Shown here: piece by piece, positions 17,420 to 26,466 of the stretch
How positions within the stretch are numbered: position 1 is the first letter of the stretch
Layout of the letters: the number at the start of each line of letters is the position of its first letter
Assembly: GCA_044326545.1 (NCBI GenBank)
Contig: JBIRBM010000005.1
Span: 13,457-77,456, forward strand
DNA: 64,000 bases
From: Parachlamydiaceae bacterium
GTDB taxonomy: Bacteria; Chlamydiota; Chlamydiia; Chlamydiales; Parachlamydiaceae
Reading direction: 5' to 3'
Translations under genes and position numbers: made by a program
Notes under the pieces: generated by a model
What the model was told of the DNA's origin: nothing
The model's database searches: none
Seen by the model: the letters and a program-made list of their open reading frames with translations, nothing else

Positions 17420-19222
17420 TTATTGTTCTTTTTTATCATCGATGAGGAATCCTCCCGCTTGCATATGCCATAAATGTGCGTAATGAGTTTTTTCTTTAAG
17501 TAGCTCTTCATGGGAGCCATCCTCAATAATTTTTCCTTCTTTAAACACAAGAATCCGGTCCATATTTGACAGAGTCGAAAGACGGTGGGCAATCACAAGT
17601 GTTGTGTGCCCTTGAATCACATGTTTTAGCCCTTCTTGAATGTCTTTTTCAGTGACAGAATCAAGGGCAGAGGTCGCTTCATCTAAAATAATGATCGGTG
17701 CGTTTTTTAAGATGGCGCGGGCAATGGCTATTCTTTGCCTTTGCCCCCCTGAAATTTTAACCCCCCTTTCTCCGACTGGCGAATCATATTTTTCTGGCAT
17801 TTTCATGATGAATTCGTGGCAATGTGCTTTCTTGGAAGCTTCGATAACCTCTTCATCCGAGGCATCTAACCGGCCATACCGAATATTTTCCATTAAGGAG
17901 CGGTGAAACAAGATGGGATCTTGCGGGATCATTGAAATTTGTTCTCTTAACGAATCTTGGCAAACTTTTGCAATATCTTGTCCATCGATGAAAATATGCC
18001 CTTCTTGAATATCGTAATAGCGCAAAATCAGGTGGACAAAGGTGCTTTTGCCTGATCCCGAAAACCCCACAAGTCCCACCTTTTGGCCGCTTGTGATTGT
18101 AATTGTTTTATCTTCGAACACATTGTGATCCTTAAGGTAATGGAAGGTGACGTGGTCAAACGAAATCTCACCTTTGGTTATTTTCAGAGGGAGGGCGTCG
18201 CGAGCATCTTTGATGTCATGGGCGCTTTGAATAATTGTGAGGGCTTGCCGGCAAATGCCAATCTCTTTGAATAATAAGGGAAGTTCTAGACCGGCTAGCC
18301 ACGCCATCATTGTAATGTTCCACGTTGTATTAAAAATAAAGACAACTTCTCCTGTGCTTAACTCTCCTTGCTGCCAGCTGTATAACATAAACCAGTTGAG
18401 GGCAATCCCCATCCCTAAAAAACAGGCGATTCCTAGTGCTATTTTCATCTTTTCAATCGACCAAAGAGATCTCCAGTGTGTGGTGATTTCATCTCTTTGA
18501 AAAATGGATAAGTATTCATATTCAAATCGACTCCGTGCAAATAAACGGACATTGGTTGTGTTGGTTAAACAATCAACAATTTTACCTGATAGTTGGCTGC
18601 GAGCTTCTGCATGTACGTTAGAGGTTTGAGCGCACTCTTTTGAAAAAATCAAGCAGATGCTCATGTGGATTGCCACCCATCCGATTAAAATCAAAGCGAA
18701 AAAAAGGTTCATTTGTGCAAAAAGAGTGGTTGAAATCACTAAGGCTAGAAGAACTGGGACAAAAAGGTAGAGAATTTTTTGAAACAGACGTGTCATGGCT
18801 TGCGGCATATCAGAAATTTTATTTGCAATAGATCCTGCCATATGATTACTGAAGTATCGATGAGAATGGTGCAGAACGTAATCAAACATGCTCATCCTTG
18901 TTTCAGCTTCGATGCGAGGGAACAAATAGGTGCTAAGAATCCCTGATAAACGAAAAAAAAGTTCGATGACAATCCAGAGGCTAATCCCCATGATCATCGG
19001 GATCTTGAGCGCATACCAAGCGTCTGCTTTATCACCTGTAAAATGTGTAATGGTATCGATCAGGGTCATCATCACGTAAGGCCACAGGGTGTGGTCAAAT
19101 GCCCAAGCGAAGCTAAAAAACTGAACGAGGAGCAACAGAGCCCAATGTTTTCTTAAAAAATGCCAAAAAAATGGAAGAAGTGTTTTTGGCAAAGAGGAGG
19201 TCTTCATAGCGATAGTGTCCAT
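17420..19222 (-). CDS. ABC exporter, fused permease/ATPase (MsbA/MdlB-like)
   Basis: Six-TM N-terminal half. Walker A GFSGSGKST, signature ISGGQRQR, Walker B IIILDEATSALD, H-loop IAHRLST. Confidence 0.9.
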   Translation of the reverse strand: MDTIAMKTSSLPKTLLPFFWHFLRKHWALLLLVQFFSFAWAFDHTLWPYVMMTLIDTITHFTGDKADAWYALKIPMIMGISLWIVIELFFRLSGILSTYLFPRIEAETRMSMFDYVLHHSHRYFSNHMAGSIANKISDMPQAMTRLFQKILYLFVPVLLALVISTTLFAQMNLFFALILIGWVAIHMSICLIFSKECAQTSNVHAEARSQLSGKIVDCLTNTTNVRLFARSRFEYEYLSIFQRDEITTHWRSLWSIEKMKIALGIACFLGMGIALNWFMLYSWQQGELSTGEVVFIFNTTWNITMMAWLAGLELPLLFKEIGICRQALTIIQSAHDIKDARDALPLKITKGEISFDHVTFHYLKDHNVFEDKTITITSGQKVGLVGFSGSGKSTFVHLILRYYDIQEGHIFIDGQDIAKVCQDSLREQISMIPQDPILFHRSLMENIRYGRLDASDEEVIEASKKAHCHEFIMKMPEKYDSPVGERGVKISGGQRQRIAIARAILKNAPIIILDEATSALDSVTEKDIQEGLKHVIQGHTTLVIAHRLSTLSNMDRILVFKEGKIIEDGSHEELLKEKTHYAHLWHMQAGGFLIDDKKEQ

Positions 19223-19321
19223 TATTTAAGAGGCTGTTTGCAAATGATCATCCTTTTTCATCAAGGTGAAAGCTCAATCGATCCGCAAATCAAAGATCGG
19301 TGCATCAAGTGAGTGTTAAAA

Positions 19322-19894
19322 TCATTTGATCAGATCTATCCATTTGTGTACATTAGCTTGATGCTTTTGACGTTCACATTCCCATGCATGATTGATAACC
19401 TTCTTACCGGCATTAGGAAAGTTTACCGAATATTGCTGGACAAAATTGATGTATGCCCATTCTTCTTTGGGGGCGACAGGCAAATTTTTACGTTTTTCAT
19501 ATTCTTCCTGCCACATACTGGCAAATGCACGGTAAGTTGGGGGATTGCCCTCCATCCACCGTTCATTTAACCAATCAATACCGAAGGCAGTAAAATGGAA
19601 GTGATCGCCAATAAGCTCTTTGAAAAATTCTCTCGTTTTGAGATCATTTCGATAAGATCCTTTTAACATCCATTCATTTTCACCTAATGAATAAAAGCCA
19701 GCACGTTTGGCGCATGATTTTTCCGGAAATTTTGGAAGAGTTAATTTTTGACCCGTTTTCAAAAAATGCAAAATACGGATAATAATGGTCATTTTATTTC
19801 CTTTATCAGACAAGGATAACCGAATGGCAATCTCTTTTAATTCCCTTACATGCAAAAATATTAACGATTCTTTTAAAGCTAGGTGATCTGTCAT
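19322..19894 (-). CDS. Hypothetical protein with SAP-like N-terminal helix pair
   Basis: 190-aa ORF. LHVRELKEIAIRLSLSDKGNKMTIIIRILHFLKTG resembles a SAP motif. The rest is Trp/Glu-rich with no family recognised. Confidence 0.45.
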   Translation of the reverse strand: MTDHLALKESLIFLHVRELKEIAIRLSLSDKGNKMTIIIRILHFLKTGQKLTLPKFPEKSCAKRAGFYSLGENEWMLKGSYRNDLKTREFFKELIGDHFHFTAFGIDWLNERWMEGNPPTYRAFASMWQEEYEKRKNLPVAPKEEWAYINFVQQYSVNFPNAGKKVINHAWECERQKHQANVHKWIDLIK

Positions 19895-20187
19895 AAAAAA
19901 GACATCTAAATGGTTTTTTCAACCCATGTTGGGGGTGGAAGTTGAGATGATAGCATGTTTGGGCAAGGTTTGAAAAGAAGAAATTTTTTGAAGTCACTAC
20001 TTCTGAGACCGCGTTCACAATCCGTGTTGCGACCTCTGTTTTCCAAAAGGGGGTCTCTCCATTTTTATTAATGATTGCCTTCAAATCAACTCAAAGAAAT
20101 TGATTGGACGATTGAATGGATCTTTTGACTTTTATCACCTCAATTGTTAAATTAAGAGTTATTGTCCTCTAACAATTGGAGAGTTCT

Positions 20188-21283
20188 ATGAATAGCGAAA
20201 CACATGTGCGATTGAAAGAAATAGATGATCGATTCATTCATATGTGGAGGTATCTTTGACTTAGCTTCAAAGGAAGCTCGAGTGAAAGAATTAGACGTTC
20301 TTATGGAAGCCAATGACTTTTGGCTCAATTCCGATCGCGCTCAACACGTCATTAATGAAAGTAACGAGTTAAAAGGGTGGACGCTCCCTTATCAAGATCT
20401 TAAAAAGCGCTTTGAAGATATTCAAGCTCTTTTACCCGAAGCGTACGAAGCAGAAGAAAACGAATTGATCGACGTCCTTTTAGCTGATTTAAATCGTGTC
20501 GATGTTGCACTAGAAGACCTTGAAATCCGCCGTATGCTATCGGGAGAATTAGATAACAAAGACTGTTATTTGACCATTAATTCGGGTGCCGGAGGAACTG
20601 AAGCGTGCGATTGGGCTCAGATGCTATCTCGGATGTATCAGCGCTGGGCTGCGAAGAGAGGGTGGAAGGTAGACATTATTGATTTTGTCGATGGAGATGT
20701 TGTTGGATTGAAAAGCATCACAATCAAGCTTCAAGGGCGTTTCGCTTATGGTTATGCAAAAGCTGAAAAAGGTGTTCACAGATTAGTCCGCATCTCTCCA
20801 TTTGATAGCAATGCCAAACGGCATACAAGCTTTGCCTCTGTTGACATAACCCCTGAAATCACGGATGACATTAAAATTGAGATTAAGCCCGACGATGTGC
20901 GCGTCGATACGTATCGATCTTCCGGGGCCGGGGGGCAGCACGTCAATAAGACTGATTCTGCTGTTCGTTTGACGCATATTCCGACAGGAATTGTCGTGTC
21001 ATGTCAAACTCAGAGAAGCCAAGTGCAAAACAGAGAATCGTGCTACCAGATGTTGCGTTCAAAGCTCTATGAATTGGAAGTATTGGAAAGAGAAAAAGCG
21101 TTGAATGAACTCAAGGGAGAAAAGAAAGAGAATGCGTGGGGAAGTCAAATTCGCAATTATGTCTTTCAACCTTATACTTTAGTTAAAGATACGAGAACTA
21201 AAGCAGAATCTGGAAATATTCAGGCCGTAATGGACGGTGAAATTGATCAGTTTGTCAATGCATATTTAAAGGAGTTTGGCTAA
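20188..21283 (+). CDS. prfB: Peptide chain release factor 2, expressed through a programmed +1 frameshift
   Basis: Frame 0 runs ATG 20188...TAT CTT TGA (20257-20259). The +1 frame from GAC 20258 continues DLASKEARVKEL... and carries SPF and the GGQ motif (SGAGGQHVNKT). Confidence 0.92.
20246..20260 (+). promoter_or_regulatory. prfB: prfB +1 recoding site (internal SD-like GGAGG, then TAT CTT TGA C)
   Basis: GGAGG at 20246-20250, a 3-nt spacer, then slippery CTT followed by in-frame TGA C. This is the same architecture as the classical RF2 autoregulatory site. Confidence 0.9.
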
Positions 21284-21798
21284 TGAATCAACATGACACA
21301 CCCCCTGTTCCTCAAGGAGTGGAAGTTCGTTATACAGAGCCTGAAGATGCAAAATACCTTAAAGACTGGCTGATGGATTCGAGCGTCAGGTATTGGTTTC
21401 CTATGGCTGATGAAGTTGAAATTGACGACGCTGTTATGCGCTGGATCGCTTTTTATCGATATAAGTGTAGTTTGACAGTGATAAAAGATGGGGTTCCTTG
21501 TGGAATCGCGATATTGTATTTGCAGCCTTATCGGAAGCTGGCTCATCAATGTGAATTTGGGGTTATTGTTGGGCATCATTACCGCAATATGGGAATTGGA
21601 AGTTATTTGATGAGTCATATTATGCATTTGGCTAAGGAGAAATTCAAAATTCAGTTGATTCATTTGCAGGTTTATGCAGAAAATCCTGCAATGAATTTAT
21701 ATAAGCGTTTTGGATTCAAAGAATTTGGCAGACAAGATGCGTGGATTAAGGAAGAAGATCGTTATGTTGGACGCGTTTTCATGGAACGATTTCTTTAG
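21283..21798 (+). CDS. GNAT family N-acetyltransferase
   Basis: 171 aa. Acetyl-CoA motif region VIVGHHYRNMGIGSYLM and a NPAMNLYKRFGF tail. The ATG shares 1 nt with the prfB stop. Confidence 0.8.
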   Translation: MNQHDTPPVPQGVEVRYTEPEDAKYLKDWLMDSSVRYWFPMADEVEIDDAVMRWIAFYRYKCSLTVIKDGVPCGIAILYLQPYRKLAHQCEFGVIVGHHYRNMGIGSYLMSHIMHLAKEKFKIQLIHLQVYAENPAMNLYKRFGFKEFGRQDAWIKEEDRYVGRVFMERFL

Positions 21799-21910
21799 GG
21801 CATGTCATCAATTGATCATAACCCTTTATTCAAGTTCTTTCCAAGCGGGTGGTCACATCGCTTGAGAAATCATCTTGAATAGAGGCGATTAGCAATTGAT
21901 GACACGCCCT
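21797..21910. mobile_element. Family D MITE-like element (D1, 114 bp)
   Basis: AGGGCATGTCATCAATTGATCAT...ATTAGCAATTGATGACACGCCCT. The terminal inverted repeats are about 22 bp. It starts within the GNAT stop codon. Confidence 0.8.
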
Positions 21911-22034
21911 AGAACCAGTTCAACATCTTTGATCCGATGATGTGTGTCCTGTGAAATGCCCGATAAACGCACAAAAATTTTCTCAGAAGAGGTAAATCAC
22001 ACTTCTTCGGACATCTACTCATTCAAGCTCTAAG
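21910..22034. mobile_element. Family B MITE-like element (B4)
   Basis: TAGAACCAGTTCAACATCTTTGATCCGATGATGTG...CGATAAACGCACAAAAATTTTCTC...CATTCAAGCTCTAAG. It abuts D1. Confidence 0.55.
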
Positions 22035-22162
22035 TGTAAATTTGAGCTTCAACAAGTCGATGTTTTTTTCTAAGAAGCTGTCCTAAAACTTCATCTTAAA
22101 GCAAACACTTTGAGTTTTAGAGCGTGTCTGAAAAGTTTAATAGCTTGGATTCGACTTTCCGG

Positions 22163-22189
22163 GCACGCTCCTGGTGCGTAAGGGGAGTT
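22163..22189. repeat. Family A repeat, right arm only (A3)
   Basis: GCACGCTCCTGGTGCGTAAGGGGAGTT. Confidence 0.5.
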
Positions 22190-22237
22190 CTAAATCAAAC
22201 TTTTTTATTTATTATTTTAAAAATTATTGTAAATCAT

Positions 22238-22930
22238 ATGTCATGTCAAGTAAATGAAAATGCTCTAACATTTCAAGAACAGTTAGAGATAAGTGCGGGG
22301 ATAAAGCTCCAATTAAAAATTAACAATAATCGATCAACAATGTTGAGTGTTAAGTGGGAGCCCGATCATACGAAAGTTTCTTTGCATCGGATGTTTTTAA
22401 AAGCCCCGAAAAATATTATGGAGGCATTAGCTTGCTATCTTAAGGGAGAGAATAGAAAGTTGTCTCCGAGCATTAAAGCGTATATTGAATCTAATGTTCA
22501 AAAAATGGATTATTCTCATCATCTCGATTTTTCTAAATTGCAGACAAAGGGAGATGTCTATGATTTAGAAGAGATTTACCGTGGGTTGAATGAGGACTAT
22601 TTCGGAGGCGCAGTTGATTTGTTTATTACATGGTTTGGAGAGCGGAAGAGAAAGAACAGTCGGCGTGTGACCTTCGGCCTTTTTCACGATCCGCTACGTT
22701 TAATTAAAATCAATCGTTTATTAGATGATGAAGAGTTCCCTCCCTATTTTGTTGCTTATGTTGTGTATCATGAAATGCTTCATCATGTGTGTCCGACACA
22801 AGTGAATGAAAATGGTTTTAAGCAAATTCATAGTGAAGCTTTCAAAAAACGAGAGGCTCAATTTGAATATTTTAAGGAAGCCAGGAGGTGGCTTCGAGAA
22901 AATGAACACGATTTATTCAATCTTCAATAG
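22238..22930 (+). CDS. SprT/DUF45-like zinc metalloprotease domain protein
   Basis: HExxH in VVYHEMLHHVCP. Start moved to ATG 22238 because the upstream part of the long ORF runs through a family A repeat arm. Confidence 0.55.
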   Translation: MSCQVNENALTFQEQLEISAGIKLQLKINNNRSTMLSVKWEPDHTKVSLHRMFLKAPKNIMEALACYLKGENRKLSPSIKAYIESNVQKMDYSHHLDFSKLQTKGDVYDLEEIYRGLNEDYFGGAVDLFITWFGERKRKNSRRVTFGLFHDPLRLIKINRLLDDEEFPPYFVAYVVYHEMLHHVCPTQVNENGFKQIHSEAFKKREAQFEYFKEARRWLRENEHDLFNLQ

Positions 22931-22942
22931 CGGGTCAAGATT

Positions 22943-23680
22943 ATGGCAGGCCATAGTAAATGGGCGAATATTAAGCATCGTAAAGGAAAAGCGGATGCGA
23001 AAAAGGGGAAGATTTTCTCACGAATTGCAAAAGAAATTATTAGTGCAACAAAGCTTGGAGGATCGGATCCGAAGTCCAATCCTCGCCTTCGCGTAGCGAT
23101 TCAAAAAGCACGTGAAGAAAATATGCCAAATGATATTGTTGAGCGCAATATTAAAAAAGCGTCAAGTGCGGATCAAGCAGATTATCATGAAATCACGTAT
23201 GAACTTTATGGTCATGGAGGCATAGGATTGATTGTTGATGTGATGACAGATAATAAAAATCGGATTGCATCCGAAATGCGGATTGCAACAAATAAGCGAG
23301 GCGGCACGATTGCAAGTCCTGGAGCAGTTGCATTCAATTTTGATCGTAAAGGTGTCATTCAAGTTCCTAACAAGGGTGTTGTAGAAGATGAATTGTTTTT
23401 AGCTTCGACTGAAGCTGGAGCGCAAGATTTTGAAGTAGGCGATGAGGCGTTTATCATTACAACCGATCCAACCCTTCTTTATGCTGTCCGTGATGCAATC
23501 AGTCATCTGGGGTTTCCCGTTCAATCCGCCGAATTGGAAATGATCCCTAAATCTCTTCTGGATTGCGACATTGAAAAAGCAAAAGAAAATTTTGCATTAA
23601 TTGATTGGTTAGAAGAGCTTGAGGATGTGGATGCTGTTTATCATAACATGAATATCCCAGAGGGATTGGAGGAAGGGTGA
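22943..23680 (+). CDS. yebC: YebC/PmpR family DNA-binding regulator
   Basis: Starts MAGHSKWANIKHRKGKADAKKGKIFS; full-length 245 aa. Confidence 0.92.
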   Translation: MAGHSKWANIKHRKGKADAKKGKIFSRIAKEIISATKLGGSDPKSNPRLRVAIQKAREENMPNDIVERNIKKASSADQADYHEITYELYGHGGIGLIVDVMTDNKNRIASEMRIATNKRGGTIASPGAVAFNFDRKGVIQVPNKGVVEDELFLASTEAGAQDFEVGDEAFIITTDPTLLYAVRDAISHLGFPVQSAELEMIPKSLLDCDIEKAKENFALIDWLEELEDVDAVYHNMNIPEGLEEG

Positions 23681-25122
23681 GCTCTGCGTTCTCCTTTCAA
23701 AATTCACAGAATTATCAATATGTGACCCTTCCTCCTCATTCGCTTTCTGTTTTTCTCTCTATTGCCGATTTTTTTGCGGACTATCAAGGAACCTCCCTCC
23801 TCTATTCGGGGGGGGATTTTGACTCTGCTCGACACTCGCTATTGGGTTTATTTCCCTTTGAGACAATCGAGATTCATGGCCGTCAACTCGATTATCAAAT
23901 GGGTTTAAAGATTGAGCGTAAAAGGATTGAAAATCCTTGGAATGCCCTTCAAGATCAGTTTTTTAACCGCCTTATGGAGGATCCCAACGCGACAGCATTT
24001 GGATGGTTTGGTTATGGAATGGGTGCCTCTGCCGATGAAGATCATCCTCTTCCTTACCGGCCCTCTTCATTGCCTGATGCGTTCTGGCAGCGCTGTGCTA
24101 TTGTCCTGGAAAGGGATCATCAATCAGGTCAAACGATTGCTCAAATCAACGGATCTGTTTTAGATGCCGTTGAAATGAAGGCCAAGCCTTGGGTGTGCTC
24201 CTTTTTAACTTTTCAAGGCTGGAAAATGTTTTTGGACGCACTCCCTCCGTCAATTTATCGTTATGAGACGAGGATTGACTCGCGTTATTTGTCCCACTGC
24301 CGTGAGCGGCGCTCCTTGTATATCGATAAAGTCATGCAAGCGCAAGAACTCATCAGAGAGGGTGAAATTTATCAAGTGAATCTTTCTCATCTTTTTCAGT
24401 TGCATAGTCAACGCCCCCCTTTTTCATTTTTCCGACAAATGTGTGAATTAAATCCAGCTCCTTTTTCTGTCTATTTTCGTCATCGGGATGCCACAATTGT
24501 CTCGACATCGCCTGAGCGATTCTTGTGTAAAAGGGGAAATCGATTAGAGACACGTCCAATTAAGGGCACGATTGCAAGAGGAAAAACCGATGAGGAGGAT
24601 CTTTTTTTAAAAAAAAAATTATTAGCTTCCTCCAAGGAGCGAGCTGAATTATTAATGATTACCGATCTTATGCGCAATGATTTAGGTAGAATCAGTGAAA
24701 TAGGAAGCGTTAAAACGCTTGATTTATGGCGTTGTGAAGCGTATACGAATGTTTTCCACTTAATTTCAGTGATTCAATCGATTGCCAAACCGAAGATGAG
24801 CCCGCTTGAGATCATACGTTCAGCTTTTCCTGGAGGCTCGATTACCGGCTGCCCGAAATTGCGTGCAATGGAAATCATTGATGAGTTGGAAAAGAGATCC
24901 AGAGGGATTTATACTGGGTCGATCGGATATATCAAAGGGCAGGGAGATTTTGATCTGAATATTGCCATTCGAACTCTTGTCAAGAATCAAGAGACCTATT
25001 TTTTACAGTTGGGGAGTGGAATTGTGATTGACTCAGATCCAAACGAAGAATATGAAGAGACGATGTCCAAGGGCGATTCCCTTTTTTATTCCCTGGAAAC
25101 TGAAGAGATCATATGCGATTAA
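23677..25122 (+). CDS. pabB: Aminodeoxychorismate synthase component I (chorismate-binding enzyme family)
   Basis: SPERFL, RPIKGTIARG, FPGGSITGCPK...MEIIDELE and RGIYTGSIGY. The GTG start overlaps the yebC stop by 4 nt. PabB rather than TrpE is inferred from the pabC neighbour. Confidence 0.75.
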   Translation: MSSAFSFQNSQNYQYVTLPPHSLSVFLSIADFFADYQGTSLLYSGGDFDSARHSLLGLFPFETIEIHGRQLDYQMGLKIERKRIENPWNALQDQFFNRLMEDPNATAFGWFGYGMGASADEDHPLPYRPSSLPDAFWQRCAIVLERDHQSGQTIAQINGSVLDAVEMKAKPWVCSFLTFQGWKMFLDALPPSIYRYETRIDSRYLSHCRERRSLYIDKVMQAQELIREGEIYQVNLSHLFQLHSQRPPFSFFRQMCELNPAPFSVYFRHRDATIVSTSPERFLCKRGNRLETRPIKGTIARGKTDEEDLFLKKKLLASSKERAELLMITDLMRNDLGRISEIGSVKTLDLWRCEAYTNVFHLISVIQSIAKPKMSPLEIIRSAFPGGSITGCPKLRAMEIIDELEKRSRGIYTGSIGYIKGQGDFDLNIAIRTLVKNQETYFLQLGSGIVIDSDPNEEYEETMSKGDSLFYSLETEEIICD

Positions 25123-25616
25123 ATGAACATTTATATACTCCACAAAAAGGTGTTGATTCACCTCTTAAATGCAGCTGGCCAAAAAGACAATTAGAAGAAA
25201 AAATTGTCTTTATTGGACTGAAAATCTTAAGCATTTTAGGTCTGGCTTATCTTTGTTATTCTCGTCGGACTGTGAGGATAAAAATGATCGTGGAGACAAC
25301 TTGCGCGTTCGTGTTGGTCGGTTTTTTGTTGACTCGTTTAATCAAATCAACGCCGCATAAGATGGCTTCGCCGTTAGGGAATCAAATGATTGAAAAAGAG
25401 AACCCCAAAACACCTGTTAAGGCGAGTTACGATTTTATTGAGAATTATGATCAAGTCAATAGCGATACCTCATCGGGTGTTTCACCTTTTGTTTCAATGG
25501 AGCAAAAGCCGATTTTTCCGGGCGAGGAAAAGGAAAATATGAAAGAAAACGATCACGTCGCTCGCAATCTTTTATCCACTTTTGATGAAATGGCTTTAGG
25601 AGTCAATGATCAGTGA
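25113..25616 (+). CDS. Hairpin (two-TM) membrane protein with acidic tail, Inc-like topology
   Basis: IVFIGLKILSILGLAYLCY and MIVETTCAFVLVGFLLTRLI are separated by an 8-aa loop. The ORF overlaps pabB (10 nt) and pabC (4 nt), suggesting translational coupling. Confidence 0.5.
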   Translation: MRLNEHLYTPQKGVDSPLKCSWPKRQLEEKIVFIGLKILSILGLAYLCYSRRTVRIKMIVETTCAFVLVGFLLTRLIKSTPHKMASPLGNQMIEKENPKTPVKASYDFIENYDQVNSDTSSGVSPFVSMEQKPIFPGEEKENMKENDHVARNLLSTFDEMALGVNDQ

Positions 25617-26425
25617 GCGAAAAATGGGTATTTCTGAATGACTCTTTTCGTAAAGAAAAAGAGGCTTTTATCCCGATAGGGGATCGAGGATTTTTATTTG
25701 GCGATGGTTTATTTACGACCATTAGGGTCAATCATGGACAACCGGAATTCGTTGAAAGACACCTCAAGCGTCTTCAACGGCATGCAGAGAGTTTGGATTT
25801 CAATCTCGATTGTTTGCAAGTCGATTTTATTACAGAATTAATCAATCTCAATCAAGCCCAAGAGGGGATTTGGCGATTAAAAATCATTGTGACAGTTGTA
25901 GAAAATGAAGAGAAGAGAGAGCTTGGGATCTTATTGGCAACACTAGAGCCGGCCCAAGATTTTTCTTTTCATTCTTGCATCCTGACTCTTTTTCCCCATC
26001 CAATTGAACGGCCATTGGGCAACATGAAAAGCCTTGCCTATCTAGACCATCTCCATGTGAGAAATTATGCCAAGAGGCTTGGATATACCGATGCCATCAA
26101 GCAAACAAGAGAGGGTGTCTTAATGGAAACGGGATGCTCGAATCTTTTTTGGATAGATAAAGGCAAATGCCTAGTTCCTGATCCGACGCTCCCTTATCTA
26201 AAAGGAGTGTTCCTTGAATCTCTTCTTCCTTATTTTAGTTGGCCCGTTGAACACCTTCGTGTTTCAATCAATGAGCTTCCCCCAACAGCACATCTTTATA
26301 TTTGCAATGCGTTGAGTCATATCAGGCCTGTTGTCTGCATCGATCAAAGGAGCTTTCTTCGGTGCGAAGAAACGGAGCATCAACTTCGCAAAGCGATTGT
26401 TCAATCATTGCAGGGAAATGATTAA
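25613..26425 (+). CDS. pabC: Aminodeoxychorismate lyase / class IV aminotransferase fold
   Basis: 270 aa. DRGFLFGDGLFTT at the N terminus and NMKSLAYL (PLP Lys region) are typical of fold-type IV enzymes. The assignment is supported by linkage to pabB. Confidence 0.7.
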   Translation: MSEKWVFLNDSFRKEKEAFIPIGDRGFLFGDGLFTTIRVNHGQPEFVERHLKRLQRHAESLDFNLDCLQVDFITELINLNQAQEGIWRLKIIVTVVENEEKRELGILLATLEPAQDFSFHSCILTLFPHPIERPLGNMKSLAYLDHLHVRNYAKRLGYTDAIKQTREGVLMETGCSNLFWIDKGKCLVPDPTLPYLKGVFLESLLPYFSWPVEHLRVSINELPPTAHLYICNALSHIRPVVCIDQRSFLRCEETEHQLRKAIVQSLQGND

Positions 26426-26466
26426 GTTAGGTATGCTGCTGTTTTTTCAAATCACAAGAGAGTGTT

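Noticed and set aside
22124-22237. 5' extension of the SprT-like ORF from GTG 22124.
   Set aside because: It passes through a family A arm (22163-22189) and an A+T-rich tract. ATG 22238 gives a protein of normal length.
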